From a virus (lineage: Duplodnaviria > Caudoviricetes): 30,052 bases of DNA. Under the pieces are notes generated by a model. That model saw nothing but the letters and a program-made list of their open reading frames with translations, made no database searches and was not told the DNA's origin. This document shows positions 22,090-30,052 of this stretch, one piece after another (position 1 is the stretch's first letter; every line of letters starts with the position of its first letter). The DNA is taken from positions 1 to 30,052 of the IMG/VR virus record IMGVR_UViG_3300043580_000088. One strand, written 5' to 3'. The translations under genes were made by a program, and so were the position numbers.

Positions 22090-22947
22090 ATGGCTGTTTG
22101 TGGGAAGTGTGGGGGTGTCATCCCCTATGACCTGGTTCAAGCAGGACATACGCGGCACGTGAACTGTGCCACCAGCGACGACCAGATCCCGACCTTCGCC
22201 CGCGCCGTGGACCCGTCCGGTATGTCACCGCTAGAAGTCGACATCCGAACTGAGTTGACGGAGATTATCAACTGGTGGTCACGCAATATTCCGCGTAACG
22301 CCCAAATCCGGGTCGGACCGTCCGACATCGGAACCCCCTGCGATCGGGAACTCGCCTACCGGCTCACCGGTATGCCGCCCGTGCAGTACTCCGATCCGCT
22401 TCCCTCGATCGTCGGAACGGCAACCCACTCCTGGATGGCTGACGCTGTCCAAAAGTTCGAGGCCGCTCACGGGTTCCAGCGCTACGGCGTGGAAATGAAG
22501 GTCGCCCCCGACGTCGTCCTCAGCGGCTCAACGGACCTGTACCACTACGACCGCCAGTTGGTGCTCGACTGGAAGTTCCCTGGTCCGGACGCGTTCCGGG
22601 ACATGAAGAAGCAGGGGTTCAGCCAGCGGTACCGGGTCCAGTTGAACCTGTACGGGCTGGGCCACATCCGCGCCGGACGCCCGGTCACCCATGTTGGGAT
22701 CGTGGGTATGTCCCGGTCCGGCGCGCTTCGGGATATGTGGGTGAAGATTGAGCCTTATGACGAACAAGTGGCTCTCGACGCTCTTGCCCGGATGTACCGC
22801 ATTGGTAACTTAATCGACAAAGAGGGAATCCTTGACGATCCCTCGCGTTGGAGTATGATCGACTCAACCCCGTCCCGGCTCTGTGGATACTGCCGGATGT
22901 ACCGCTCAGGGGGTCCGGCTGACGGGACCGGCTGCCCCGGAAAGTAG
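22090..22947 (+). CDS. Cas4-like PD-(D/E)XK exonuclease
   Basis: GPSDIGTPC.R, GTATH, GSTDL, VLDWK, Y..QLNLY and C-terminal CGYC...CP (Fe-S-type cysteines); N-terminal CGKC..H..C. No CRISPR array in the window. Confidence 0.85.
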   Translation: MAVCGKCGGVIPYDLVQAGHTRHVNCATSDDQIPTFARAVDPSGMSPLEVDIRTELTEIINWWSRNIPRNAQIRVGPSDIGTPCDRELAYRLTGMPPVQYSDPLPSIVGTATHSWMADAVQKFEAAHGFQRYGVEMKVAPDVVLSGSTDLYHYDRQLVLDWKFPGPDAFRDMKKQGFSQRYRVQLNLYGLGHIRAGRPVTHVGIVGMSRSGALRDMWVKIEPYDEQVALDALARMYRIGNLIDKEGILDDPSRWSMIDSTPSRLCGYCRMYRSGGPADGTGCPGK

Positions 22948-22952
22948 GAGCA

Positions 22953-23195
22953 ATGAAGGATACGGTTGCCTATTCGGGCATCTGTGACCTGGCTCGCGCC
23001 ATGGTCCTCGACAAGATCAAGGACGTGGCATCTGACCGCATGATCCAGGGGGAAGCCCTCAACGACGAAGGGTACCTGTCCTGGGGCAACGTGCGGGATC
23101 AGGAACACGACAACGAAGCCTTCGGGGCACTGGAGTCGTACCTGAACTATCTCCACTACGTCGTTGAGAACACGCCCATCCCGTTGCACATTTAG
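22953..23195 (+). CDS. Hypothetical protein
   Basis: AGGAG RBS; 80 aa. Confidence 0.7.
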   Translation: MKDTVAYSGICDLARAMVLDKIKDVASDRMIQGEALNDEGYLSWGNVRDQEHDNEAFGALESYLNYLHYVVENTPIPLHI

Positions 23196-23212
23196 TACAA
23201 GGAGTACGAACC

Positions 23213-23833
23213 GTGGGAAACTTCAACAAGGCGAACGACGCCGCGCCGTCGGGTGACGGCCGCCCCAAGCCCGAAGACCTCGTCAACCACCTGCTCATCG
23301 TCCGCGTCATCGCCCACAAGGACGACAACCCGATCGGCATCAAGCGCGAACGCGAAGAGAACGGCGTCAAGGTCGAATACCCGGCCGACTGTGTCATCGC
23401 CGACGTGGTCGACCTCGACGCCGAGGGTCAGCCCGCGTACTACGACTACATCTTCTTGCAGGCGAAGCTGATCGCCCACTTCAAGACCAACGTCGGCAAC
23501 ACCCTCATCGGCACCCTGGGCAAGTACCCCGACATGGGCCAGCGCAAGGGCGCCTACTACTTCACCGACCAGGCCGGAATCCCGCGCATCGTCGCCGTCG
23601 GGGATGCGTGGGCGAACAACAACCCCGAGTTCTTCACCGCTCAGGCGCCCGGCTCGCCGCAGCGTCAGACCCGTCAGTCCAACGGTGGCCCGGCGCAGGA
23701 CCACGGTCAGCACTCGAACTCGCCCGGTGGCGAGGAAGCGTGGGCGAAGGTCCACGGCGCGCGGTCGACGCTGGAGCAGATGCGCAACTCCGGCAACGGC
23801 GGCGGATTCGATGACGAGAAGGTACCGTTCTGA
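23213..23833 (+). CDS. Probable single-stranded DNA-binding protein
   Basis: AAGGAG RBS; beta-rich core, flexible Gly/Gln linker and acidic DDEKVPF tail; lies between nuclease and primase. Confidence 0.6.
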   Translation: MGNFNKANDAAPSGDGRPKPEDLVNHLLIVRVIAHKDDNPIGIKREREENGVKVEYPADCVIADVVDLDAEGQPAYYDYIFLQAKLIAHFKTNVGNTLIGTLGKYPDMGQRKGAYYFTDQAGIPRIVAVGDAWANNNPEFFTAQAPGSPQRQTRQSNGGPAQDHGQHSNSPGGEEAWAKVHGARSTLEQMRNSGNGGGFDDEKVPF

Positions 23834-24093
23834 TGGCTCAGACGCCGATGATCCTGCCCGGAGACAAGGTCTTCCTGGCCATGCCCGCTGACGTGAACCG
23901 GGTTCCGGAGGAAGATGCGGAGGAGTTCGACGCGACGTATCCGGGTGCGGACTTCGAGGTCATCCACGCGAAGGTTCCGCTGCCGGTGGTGGTGTTCGTG
24001 TACCGCGACCCGGACGCGTACCACGAGTGGCGTGCGGCCCGACAGGTCGACACGGCGGACGATGGCGTCGGCTTGACTCTGCGGCTGCCGTAG
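23833..24093 (+). CDS. Hypothetical protein
   Basis: TGATG coupling; 86 aa. Confidence 0.65.
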   Translation: MAQTPMILPGDKVFLAMPADVNRVPEEDAEEFDATYPGADFEVIHAKVPLPVVVFVYRDPDAYHEWRAARQVDTADDGVGLTLRLP

Positions 24094-24334
24094 GGCCGAC
24101 GCGGCAGACCCCCCGTAGGGCTTCAGGGCGACGGTTGATGTCCGAAAAGGGGGGGTCTGCCGTCCACACTGTACTGGTCAGGGCGGGTGTACGCTGACTG
24201 CTACGTCTCTGCCCGTCGGCCAAATTTGAGGCAAAAAATGTTCGACCCCCGGTTAGCTGGCTAGGCACAGGGGGTCGAACGGGACAAACAGAGAGATGGG
24301 GATATCATACATGGCTACCCCGAGGGGCGACAAC

Positions 24335-26956
24335 ATGGTCTTTGACCGGGAAATGGCGCAGGAGTGGCTGGAGATCGTTTACGGTCGTTGTCGCGACAAG
24401 ATCCACATCTGTTCGACGGCCAACTGGCGTGGCGACGCCTTCGGACCTGACGACATCGAAGCTGCCCTGGACTACATCCGCGATCTTGACAGGAATGGTG
24501 CGGAGGGCATCTACGCCCGCGTGACCACCCTCGCCGAGATGCCGCCGGAGAAGTCCCGAGGCGCCGAGTCGGACAGCCAGGAACTGATCGGCCTCTGGGC
24601 CGACATCGACATCGCTGGTCCCGGACACAAGACCGCCAAGATCCTCCCCGCCAACTCCGCTGACGCGTACCAGATCGTTACCGAATCCGGCCTGCCCGAG
24701 CCAACCGTCTGGATTCACTCCGGCGGTGGCCTGTACCCGTGGTGGCTCCTGGCCAATCCGGTGCACATCGACGGCGAATCCGGTCTCGACCAGGCCAAGA
24801 TCCTGGTCACTGGATGGCAGAAGATCCTGGCCCACAGCGCCAACAAGATCGGCTTCCACTACGGAACCGAAGTCGGCGACTTGGCCCGCGTTCTGCGGAT
24901 CCCCGGTACCGTGAACCGCAAGGCTGGCCTGGAGCGGCAGTGCCAGATCCTCGAATGGGGTGCCCGGTCGTATGACCTCGACGAGCTGGAGACGGCCCTG
25001 ACCGAGGGCCTGGCCCAGATCCCCACACCTGAGCCGCAGACGCGGGACTTGCAGGCATCCCAGCCGATCACCTACGACTCGGCCAACCGGCCCGTCGCGT
25101 ACGCCAACGGCGGCACCGACGTGCGGCCCGGCGACGACTTCAACGTCCGCGCCGACTGGATGTCGATCATGGTTCCGCACGGCTGGGACTACGTCTACAG
25201 TCGCGGCGGCACCCAGTACCTCCGGCGTCCCGGCAAGAGTGACGGCATCTCGGCGACGATCGGCCACAGCACCGACGGCATGGAACGGCTGTACGTCTTT
25301 ACCTCATCGACTGAGTTTGAGCCGAATACGCCTTATACGAAGTTCGCAGCCTACACCCTGTTGGAGCACCGTGGAGACTATGCAGCCGCCGGACGAGCCC
25401 TTCGGGCGCAGGGGTTCGGCTCGGCTGCTTCCCCTTTCACCGCCGCTACCCCTCCTGCGACCCGTGCCGGGCTCAACCAGGCCGGTGCCGAGCTGGTTTC
25501 GGCCCTGGAATCACAGGAAGTGGACGGAACGCCCGCGTCGGTAACGGTACTGGCGTCGCCCAAGGACCCGACCGCCGTGATGGACACCCTAGGTCGTCGA
25601 CTCGACAGCACCGATCAGGTTCCCCACCTTCGATACTGGCGGGAAACCTGGTACCGGTGGAACGGGATGAACTGGGGAGAGTCGTCGGCGTCGTCGGTAC
25701 GCAACTGGCTGTACGAGCAGACCAGGACCGCTGTCTGCTTCAACGCCAAGGGTGAGCCGATGCCGTGGGCACCCGACCGGGCGAAGGTATCGAACCTGCT
25801 CGACGCGATGGCGATGCTCACCGTCTACCGACCCGACGACGAGGAGCCGTGCCGCGTCATCGCCTGTCGCAACGGCGTATTGGATCTTGCCACACGCAGT
25901 CTGGAGAACCACCACCCCCGGACCTTCAACCTGTACTCGCTGCCTTTCGATTACGACCCTGCAGCCGAAAGCCCTACATGGCAGAACTTCCTCGATGAAG
26001 TTTTGCCTGGCGACGAGCAGGGGCAGCAGTTCCTCCAGGAATGGTTCGGGTATGTGATCTCCGGCCGCACCGACCTCCAGAAGATCGCGTCCCTGGTCGG
26101 GCCGAAGCGCTCCGGCAAGGGCACCATCGCGCGGGTCCTGATCAAGCTGCTGGGCCAGGAAGTGACTGCGTCGCCGACCCTGGGGCAACTGTCGTCGAAC
26201 TTCGGCGAGGAAGATTTGCTGGGCCGGTCGCTGGCGATCATGTCCGATGTGCGCTGGGACGAACCTCGTGTCTCGGCCGCCGTGGCGGCTCTGCTGGCAA
26301 TCGTCGGGGAAGACTCGCGGACCGTCGCGCGCAAGAACCGGACCTCGTGGAATGGTCGGCTGGACACCCGGTTCATGGTGATGTCCAACGACAGTCCCAA
26401 GTTCGCCGACGCCTCTGGTGCTCTCGCCGGTCGCATGATCCACCTGCGGTTCCACACCTCGTTCTACGGTCGGGAAGACACCACCCTGTCGGACAAGCTG
26501 TTCAAGGAACTGCCCGGCATCCTCAACTGGGCGCTGGAGGGGCTCGACCGTCTCAACGAGCGCGGCCGGTTCGTCGCCCCGGAGTCGGGCCTGAGCGTGG
26601 ATGAGGAGGTTCGGGAAACCTCGAACCCGGTCTACGTGTTCAGCCAGGACTACGTCGAAGTGACCGGAGTCGAAACCGACGAGGTGGACCTGAGCACCCT
26701 GTACGACCACTACAAGAAGGTGTGCGCGGAGGAGGGGCGTCACGAACCGGCGCTGAACACCTTCGCCCGGATGCTGTCGTCGGCTCTCGCGGACCGGCAG
26801 ATCAAGACTGTGCGTAAGCGGGTCGAGGGCGGTGCCAAGCGTCGGTTCGTGATCGGCGTGAAGCTTCAGGACTGGGTACCGTCGGCTCCGCATTGGCTCA
26901 TTGGGCGAGGAGCCCCGCAGCCTTTCTACGGCTCAGGCGACGAGAGCACGGGTTAG
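24335..26956 (+). CDS. DNA primase-helicase (RepB-like primase + D5/SF3 helicase)
   Basis: LWADID, HSGGGLY.WW and RVLRIPGT.N.K primase motifs; Walker A GPKRSGKGT, MSN..P and ELPGILNWALEG. Start chosen at ATG 24335 behind GAGGGG. Confidence 0.9.
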   Translation: MVFDREMAQEWLEIVYGRCRDKIHICSTANWRGDAFGPDDIEAALDYIRDLDRNGAEGIYARVTTLAEMPPEKSRGAESDSQELIGLWADIDIAGPGHKTAKILPANSADAYQIVTESGLPEPTVWIHSGGGLYPWWLLANPVHIDGESGLDQAKILVTGWQKILAHSANKIGFHYGTEVGDLARVLRIPGTVNRKAGLERQCQILEWGARSYDLDELETALTEGLAQIPTPEPQTRDLQASQPITYDSANRPVAYANGGTDVRPGDDFNVRADWMSIMVPHGWDYVYSRGGTQYLRRPGKSDGISATIGHSTDGMERLYVFTSSTEFEPNTPYTKFAAYTLLEHRGDYAAAGRALRAQGFGSAASPFTAATPPATRAGLNQAGAELVSALESQEVDGTPASVTVLASPKDPTAVMDTLGRRLDSTDQVPHLRYWRETWYRWNGMNWGESSASSVRNWLYEQTRTAVCFNAKGEPMPWAPDRAKVSNLLDAMAMLTVYRPDDEEPCRVIACRNGVLDLATRSLENHHPRTFNLYSLPFDYDPAAESPTWQNFLDEVLPGDEQGQQFLQEWFGYVISGRTDLQKIASLVGPKRSGKGTIARVLIKLLGQEVTASPTLGQLSSNFGEEDLLGRSLAIMSDVRWDEPRVSAAVAALLAIVGEDSRTVARKNRTSWNGRLDTRFMVMSNDSPKFADASGALAGRMIHLRFHTSFYGREDTTLSDKLFKELPGILNWALEGLDRLNERGRFVAPESGLSVDEEVRETSNPVYVFSQDYVEVTGVETDEVDLSTLYDHYKKVCAEEGRHEPALNTFARMLSSALADRQIKTVRKRVEGGAKRRFVIGVKLQDWVPSAPHWLIGRGAPQPFYGSGDESTG

Positions 26957-27272
26957 AGCAGGTAGGGATGACGGGGATTCGCCCCGACCGCATCGGAAGC
27001 GGATTGTCACAGGTGAGACAGTTCGGGATCTGACCGGCCGGGGTGAACACCTGTCCGCCGTAGATCAGCGACGGCTGACTAACCTGTCGTCCGAGTTTGC
27101 GGCATCGTTCCTGGAGCGGGCAGGCGGCGCAGATCTGTACCGCCTGGGTACACGACTGGCACTGCCAGTACGGCGAGTGTTCATGCAGGTCGGTGTCCCA
27201 CCACGAGGGGTCGGCTTCGGCGTTGGCACACGCCGGTAGGGCTTCGGTCTTCGGCAGCATGGTAATGGTCAT
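26898..27272 (-). CDS. whiB: WhiB-family transcription factor with extra Cys motifs
   Basis: AC......WW, A..IC..CP....C and IYGG turn motif; additional C..C insertion and C-terminal CLTC...CS..C plus basic tail. Confidence 0.75.
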   Translation of the reverse strand: MTITMLPKTEALPACANAEADPSWWDTDLHEHSPYWQCQSCTQAVQICAACPLQERCRKLGRQVSQPSLIYGGQVFTPAGQIPNCLTCDNPLPMRSGRIPVIPTCSNPCSRRLSRRKAAGLLAQ

Positions 27273-27354
27273 GTGATTCCTGTCTGTGGTGTGCGCGAGG
27301 GCGGCGGACCTTGAAGATCCACCGCCCAGTGTGACTCGTATGTCGCGTTATTGT

Positions 27355-27438
27355 CTAGTGGTCCAGAACTCCGACGGCTAGCAGCGTCAAAGCCACGAAC
27401 AGCAGGATCGTGATAGCGGCCAGCCACGCCCGCGCCAT
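27355..27438 (-). CDS. 27 aa membrane peptide (not in ORF track)
   Basis: TGATG coupling; MARAWLAAITILLFVALTLLAVGVLDH. Confidence 0.55.
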   Translation of the reverse strand: MARAWLAAITILLFVALTLLAVGVLDH

Positions 27439-27671
27439 CACGGCGTCGCGTCGTTCACGGCCACGAACCGAGCCGCTCCCAGCAAGGCCACCGCCGCGTC
27501 AGGGCTGATGCCGTATCCATGGGTCAGCGACCGGTACAGCTCGGCGTACACCTGCTTCGCGGTACCCATCCGCCACGGCGTGGTGAACCCGGCGCTAACC
27601 TCGTCCCAGCCTTCCTGCCAGGACAACGACGGCGGCTCTGCGGTCAGCGCCTCAAACTGATCCCGGGTCAC
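27438..27671 (-). CDS. Hypothetical protein
   Basis: GTGA overlap with the upstream stop. Confidence 0.6.
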   Translation of the reverse strand: MTRDQFEALTAEPPSLSWQEGWDEVSAGFTTPWRMGTAKQVYAELYRSLTHGYGISPDAAVALLGAARFVAVNDATP

Positions 27672-27946
27672 TTCTCGATCTCCCTTCGTTCCAGCGTGAA
27701 CGGACTGCCGTGCCCCGCGTTCGGTCCCCACCGGCGTGCCCGGCCAGACACCATGATGTTGGTCGGGACCAGTAGGTTATCCGCCCAGTTGGGGTGCTGG
27801 GCTCGGTAGGCGAGGCTCGGCAGGCCGACGCCACCTTGCTCGATCCGAATAGTCACCTGACCGTCGGCGGCGTTGACCTGCCACGTGTCGGTGGTGCCAT
27901 CGTCCAGAAGAACGGCGACACCCACCCAGACCGGTCTACCGGGCAC
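27668..27946 (-). CDS. Hypothetical protein
   Basis: Tightly packed minus-strand gene; G-rich RBS. Confidence 0.55.
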   Translation of the reverse strand: MPGRPVWVGVAVLLDDGTTDTWQVNAADGQVTIRIEQGGVGLPSLAYRAQHPNWADNLLVPTNIMVSGRARRWGPNAGHGSPFTLERREIEK

Positions 27947-28106
27947 CGTCGCCCCCGTTGAGCAGTTCCTGGATCTTGTCGAACGTCTCGCGGTCGACCT
28001 TCCACGCCACTACGGAAGTGTGCTTACCGGCCTCCGACATAAGTTCGTCAAGGTCGACATCGTCAGGAACAAGGAGAACGACCGGGCCAACGGCATCATC
28101 CGACAC
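27936..28106 (-). CDS. Hypothetical acidic protein (not in ORF track)
   Basis: GGAGG RBS, GTG start, 56 aa. Confidence 0.6.
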   Translation of the reverse strand: MSDDAVGPVVLLVPDDVDLDELMSEAGKHTSVVAWKVDRETFDKIQELLNGGDGAR

Positions 28107-28326
28107 TGTTGAAAGCCTCCTCCACCTCGCCCATGAATTCGGTGACGGTGTTCTGGAAGTCGATCGTCGTAGCGCCGATGATCTTCCCGTCCTTCATGTA
28201 GTAGTCCAAGGTGCCCAGCCGGTGCATCGTGTCGCCGGTGAACAACTTGCCCCAGATCTCGACCTGGATCGTGAACGGTCGGTCGGTCTCGACGCCTTCG
28301 TTCACGGTCTCGACTGCCTCGCTCAC
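28096..28326 (-). CDS. Hypothetical protein
   Basis: GTGA overlap with the upstream stop. Confidence 0.6.
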   Translation of the reverse strand: MSEAVETVNEGVETDRPFTIQVEIWGKLFTGDTMHRLGTLDYYMKDGKIIGATTIDFQNTVTEFMGEVEEAFNSVG

Positions 28327-28517
28327 ATGATCACCAGCTCGGTCAGGTTCGGCCACGACACGTCGGCCTTCAAATCCTTGTGATCCCCGCTGTGGCCCTC
28401 CGGCAGGGAACAGATCAAAGTCTCAATCCGCTCCACTTCGCCAGAGTCGTTGACCGTCTCCAGGGTTACATCGTTACCGCAAACGCCGTCGGCGCCCCAA
28501 CCTGCCATCGTGCTCAT
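28323..28517 (-). CDS. Hypothetical protein with C.L..GH.G.H motif
   Basis: ATGA overlap; CSLPEGHSGDH. Confidence 0.6.
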   Translation of the reverse strand: MSTMAGWGADGVCGNDVTLETVNDSGEVERIETLICSLPEGHSGDHKDLKADVSWPNLTELVIM

Positions 28518-28960
28518 CTCCATTCGTATTCGGTGTCTTCATCCCGATGTGTCACCGTGTGTCCGAGCGGAAGCGTGCACTGGTGCCAGCTCCGCGAACC
28601 ACGGCGGTTGTTCGGTCCCTGCACTTCCTCACCGCAGACGAGGTAGACCTCGCAGCGGCGGAACGCCTCCACCACCCACGCTTCGTCCCGGAACTCGCCC
28701 AGGGTCTCGGACTCGGTGTCCCAGTCCCGGCCCTGACAGCTCCGGACCAGGACCTCCAAGGCCCCCGTAGCCACGTCGGTGTCGATCCCGCCGTCCCACA
28801 CGTAGGGGCGCAAGTATCGGATCACCGGGCCGACGATTTCGTCCCCGCCGCTCCAGCCCATCATCGACTCCCGATCCAGTACGCGAACCAGATGATCAGT
28901 GCTACGCCGATCACCCCATACACCCAGGGCGGAAGATCGTGGCCCTTCTTCACTTACCAC
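28514..28960 (-). CDS. Hypothetical protein with C.L..GH...H motif
   Basis: CTLPLGHTVTH near the C-terminus; start uncertain. Confidence 0.55.
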   Translation of the reverse strand: MVSEEGPRSSALGVWGDRRSTDHLVRVLDRESMMGWSGGDEIVGPVIRYLRPYVWDGGIDTDVATGALEVLVRSCQGRDWDTESETLGEFRDEAWVVEAFRRCEVYLVCGEEVQGPNNRRGSRSWHQCTLPLGHTVTHRDEDTEYEWR

Positions 28961-29163
28961 CTCCGATACACGGCCAGGATCTTATCCGGCCAGTGAGAAA
29001 GGACAACGAAGCCTCGCATTCCCAGCTCATTACACCGGTGTTTGAGCGCCTCGTATCCAAACCCATTCAGATCATCTTTGTTGAATGTGAGCAGGGGCGG
29101 ATCCAGGTCGAATCCCCAGTTAATCTTCAACGTCCGGCCTCTCATGTCCACAGAAGCCCTCAT
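28954..29163 (-). CDS. Hypothetical protein
   Basis: Fills the minus-strand gene run; start uncertain. Confidence 0.45.
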   Translation of the reverse strand: MRASVDMRGRTLKINWGFDLDPPLLTFNKDDLNGFGYEALKHRCNELGMRGFVVLSHWPDKILAVYRRW

Positions 29164-29374
29164 CGAACCGATCGCGAGCCCACGCCATAGCCTTATACAG
29201 GCCCTGGAAATCGTGACTGGCCGCTGTCGCCACAGCGATTCCAGTATTCAGATACCGGGCCACGACCCAGTCCGCTCCCATCGCTTCGATCCGGACGCAC
29301 CCGTAAAAGTCCCGGCCGAACCAGCCAGCGATGTGACCGTGCAGCGTGTCGCCCACCATCAACGGTCGATCCAC
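29120..29374 (-). CDS. Hypothetical protein
   Basis: GAGGAGG RBS; G.FGRD.YG.VRIEA.GADWVVAR. Confidence 0.65.
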   Translation of the reverse strand: MDRPLMVGDTLHGHIAGWFGRDFYGCVRIEAMGADWVVARYLNTGIAVATAASHDFQGLYKAMAWARDRFDEGFCGHERPDVED

Positions 29375-29384
29375 TGTTCCCTCC

Positions 29385-29465
29385 TCACTTGGTCACGTAG
29401 GCCAGGAATAGCAGCATCACGCCGACCACAATCAGTAGCCAGGCCCAGTCCCTGAATCGCCTCAT
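29385..29465 (-). CDS. 26 aa membrane peptide (not in ORF track)
   Basis: ATGA overlap; MRRFRDWAWLLIVVGVMLLFLAYVTK. Confidence 0.55.
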   Translation of the reverse strand: MRRFRDWAWLLIVVGVMLLFLAYVTK

Positions 29466-29764
29466 GACTTCACGAACCGATACTCAGGCTTGGAAACCAG
29501 CTCGACAGGCTTGAAGCGGATCTCGTCGTTCTCGTCCAGCGACAGGTGATAGTTGTCTCCGGACTGCTCCTCGACCAGGGTTCCCCACAGGCGGCCGTCG
29601 AACTTGTCCTTGATCACCAGCAGGTACAGGTTGCCCCACCGCCACGTGTCGTAGAAGTCCACGGTTACGAACCCGTAGGACCAGTCGGCTTCCGTGCCCT
29701 GCTCGTGATACATGCTGCGGATCTGCTTGACCAGGGTCTCGTCCTTGATCACCAGTTCGGCCAT
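29462..29764 (-). CDS. Hypothetical protein
   Basis: TGATG coupling, GGAG RBS, 100 aa. Confidence 0.7.
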   Translation of the reverse strand: MAELVIKDETLVKQIRSMYHEQGTEADWSYGFVTVDFYDTWRWGNLYLLVIKDKFDGRLWGTLVEEQSGDNYHLSLDENDEIRFKPVELVSKPEYRFVKS

Positions 29765-29961
29765 CAGGCGGGCTCCCCGTTCAACTGCACGTGGTTCCCG
29801 CCGACCGGAACTCCACAGTCCTTCTTGAGACTCTCCGGCATCAGCAGGTATGCCTCATCCGGGTACAGCAGACCCAGCCGACGACAAATCGTCAGGGCCT
29901 TGATCGCCTCGTCCATGGTCACATCATTCGGCACCCACAGGACCATCCCGTCTACCCCCAT
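29764..29961 (-). CDS. Hypothetical protein
   Basis: GAAAGG RBS before ATG 29961. Confidence 0.55.
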   Translation of the reverse strand: MGVDGMVLWVPNDVTMDEAIKALTICRRLGLLYPDEAYLLMPESLKKDCGVPVGGNHVQLNGEPA

Positions 29962-30052
29962 CACTGTCCGCCTTTCTGTTGCGGTTCGTCGGGGGTCGCG
30001 GTCGGGGGGTTCAACGCCCACACCCGAGTGTCCGCTTCCCGAACGCTTGACT

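Noticed and set aside
20972-22130. ORFs predicted across the ncRNA array (e.g. 20972-21556, 21018-21467)
   Set aside because: No RBS or protein motifs; the region is explained by promoter, structured RNAs and terminator.

Overview
GC-rich segment of a tailed actinobacteriophage (BldC and WhiB homologues and TTGACA/TAGAGT-type promoters suggest a filamentous actinomycete host; this is inference). The left 18 kb is a minus-strand virion operon: terminase large subunit, portal, MuF-like protein, 2H-phosphoesterase/maturation-protease fusion, two capsid proteins, major tail protein and head-tail genes. Two plus-strand islands interrupt it: a bldC cassette, and a cluster of six tRNAs mixed with tRNA-like and other structured elements. 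The right part holds a Cas4-like nuclease, a probable SSB, a primase-helicase, a WhiB-like gene and small minus-strand genes. The most striking feature is at 17967-22043. A HAD phosphatase and a Ro60/TROVE gene are flanked by seven Y-RNA-like genes, two upstream and five downstream. All seven share invariant GGTGTG, TACTTC and GGTTCTC motifs and a terminal stem with compensatory changes, but each carries a different internal cargo. Two cargos are complete circularly permuted tRNAs that keep an anticodon arm (ACG, TTC) and two are lone anticodon-like hairpins (TGA, TCA). Three further tRNA-like RNAs sit in the same transcript. All structures were paired by eye and protein calls are motif-based; no searches were run.
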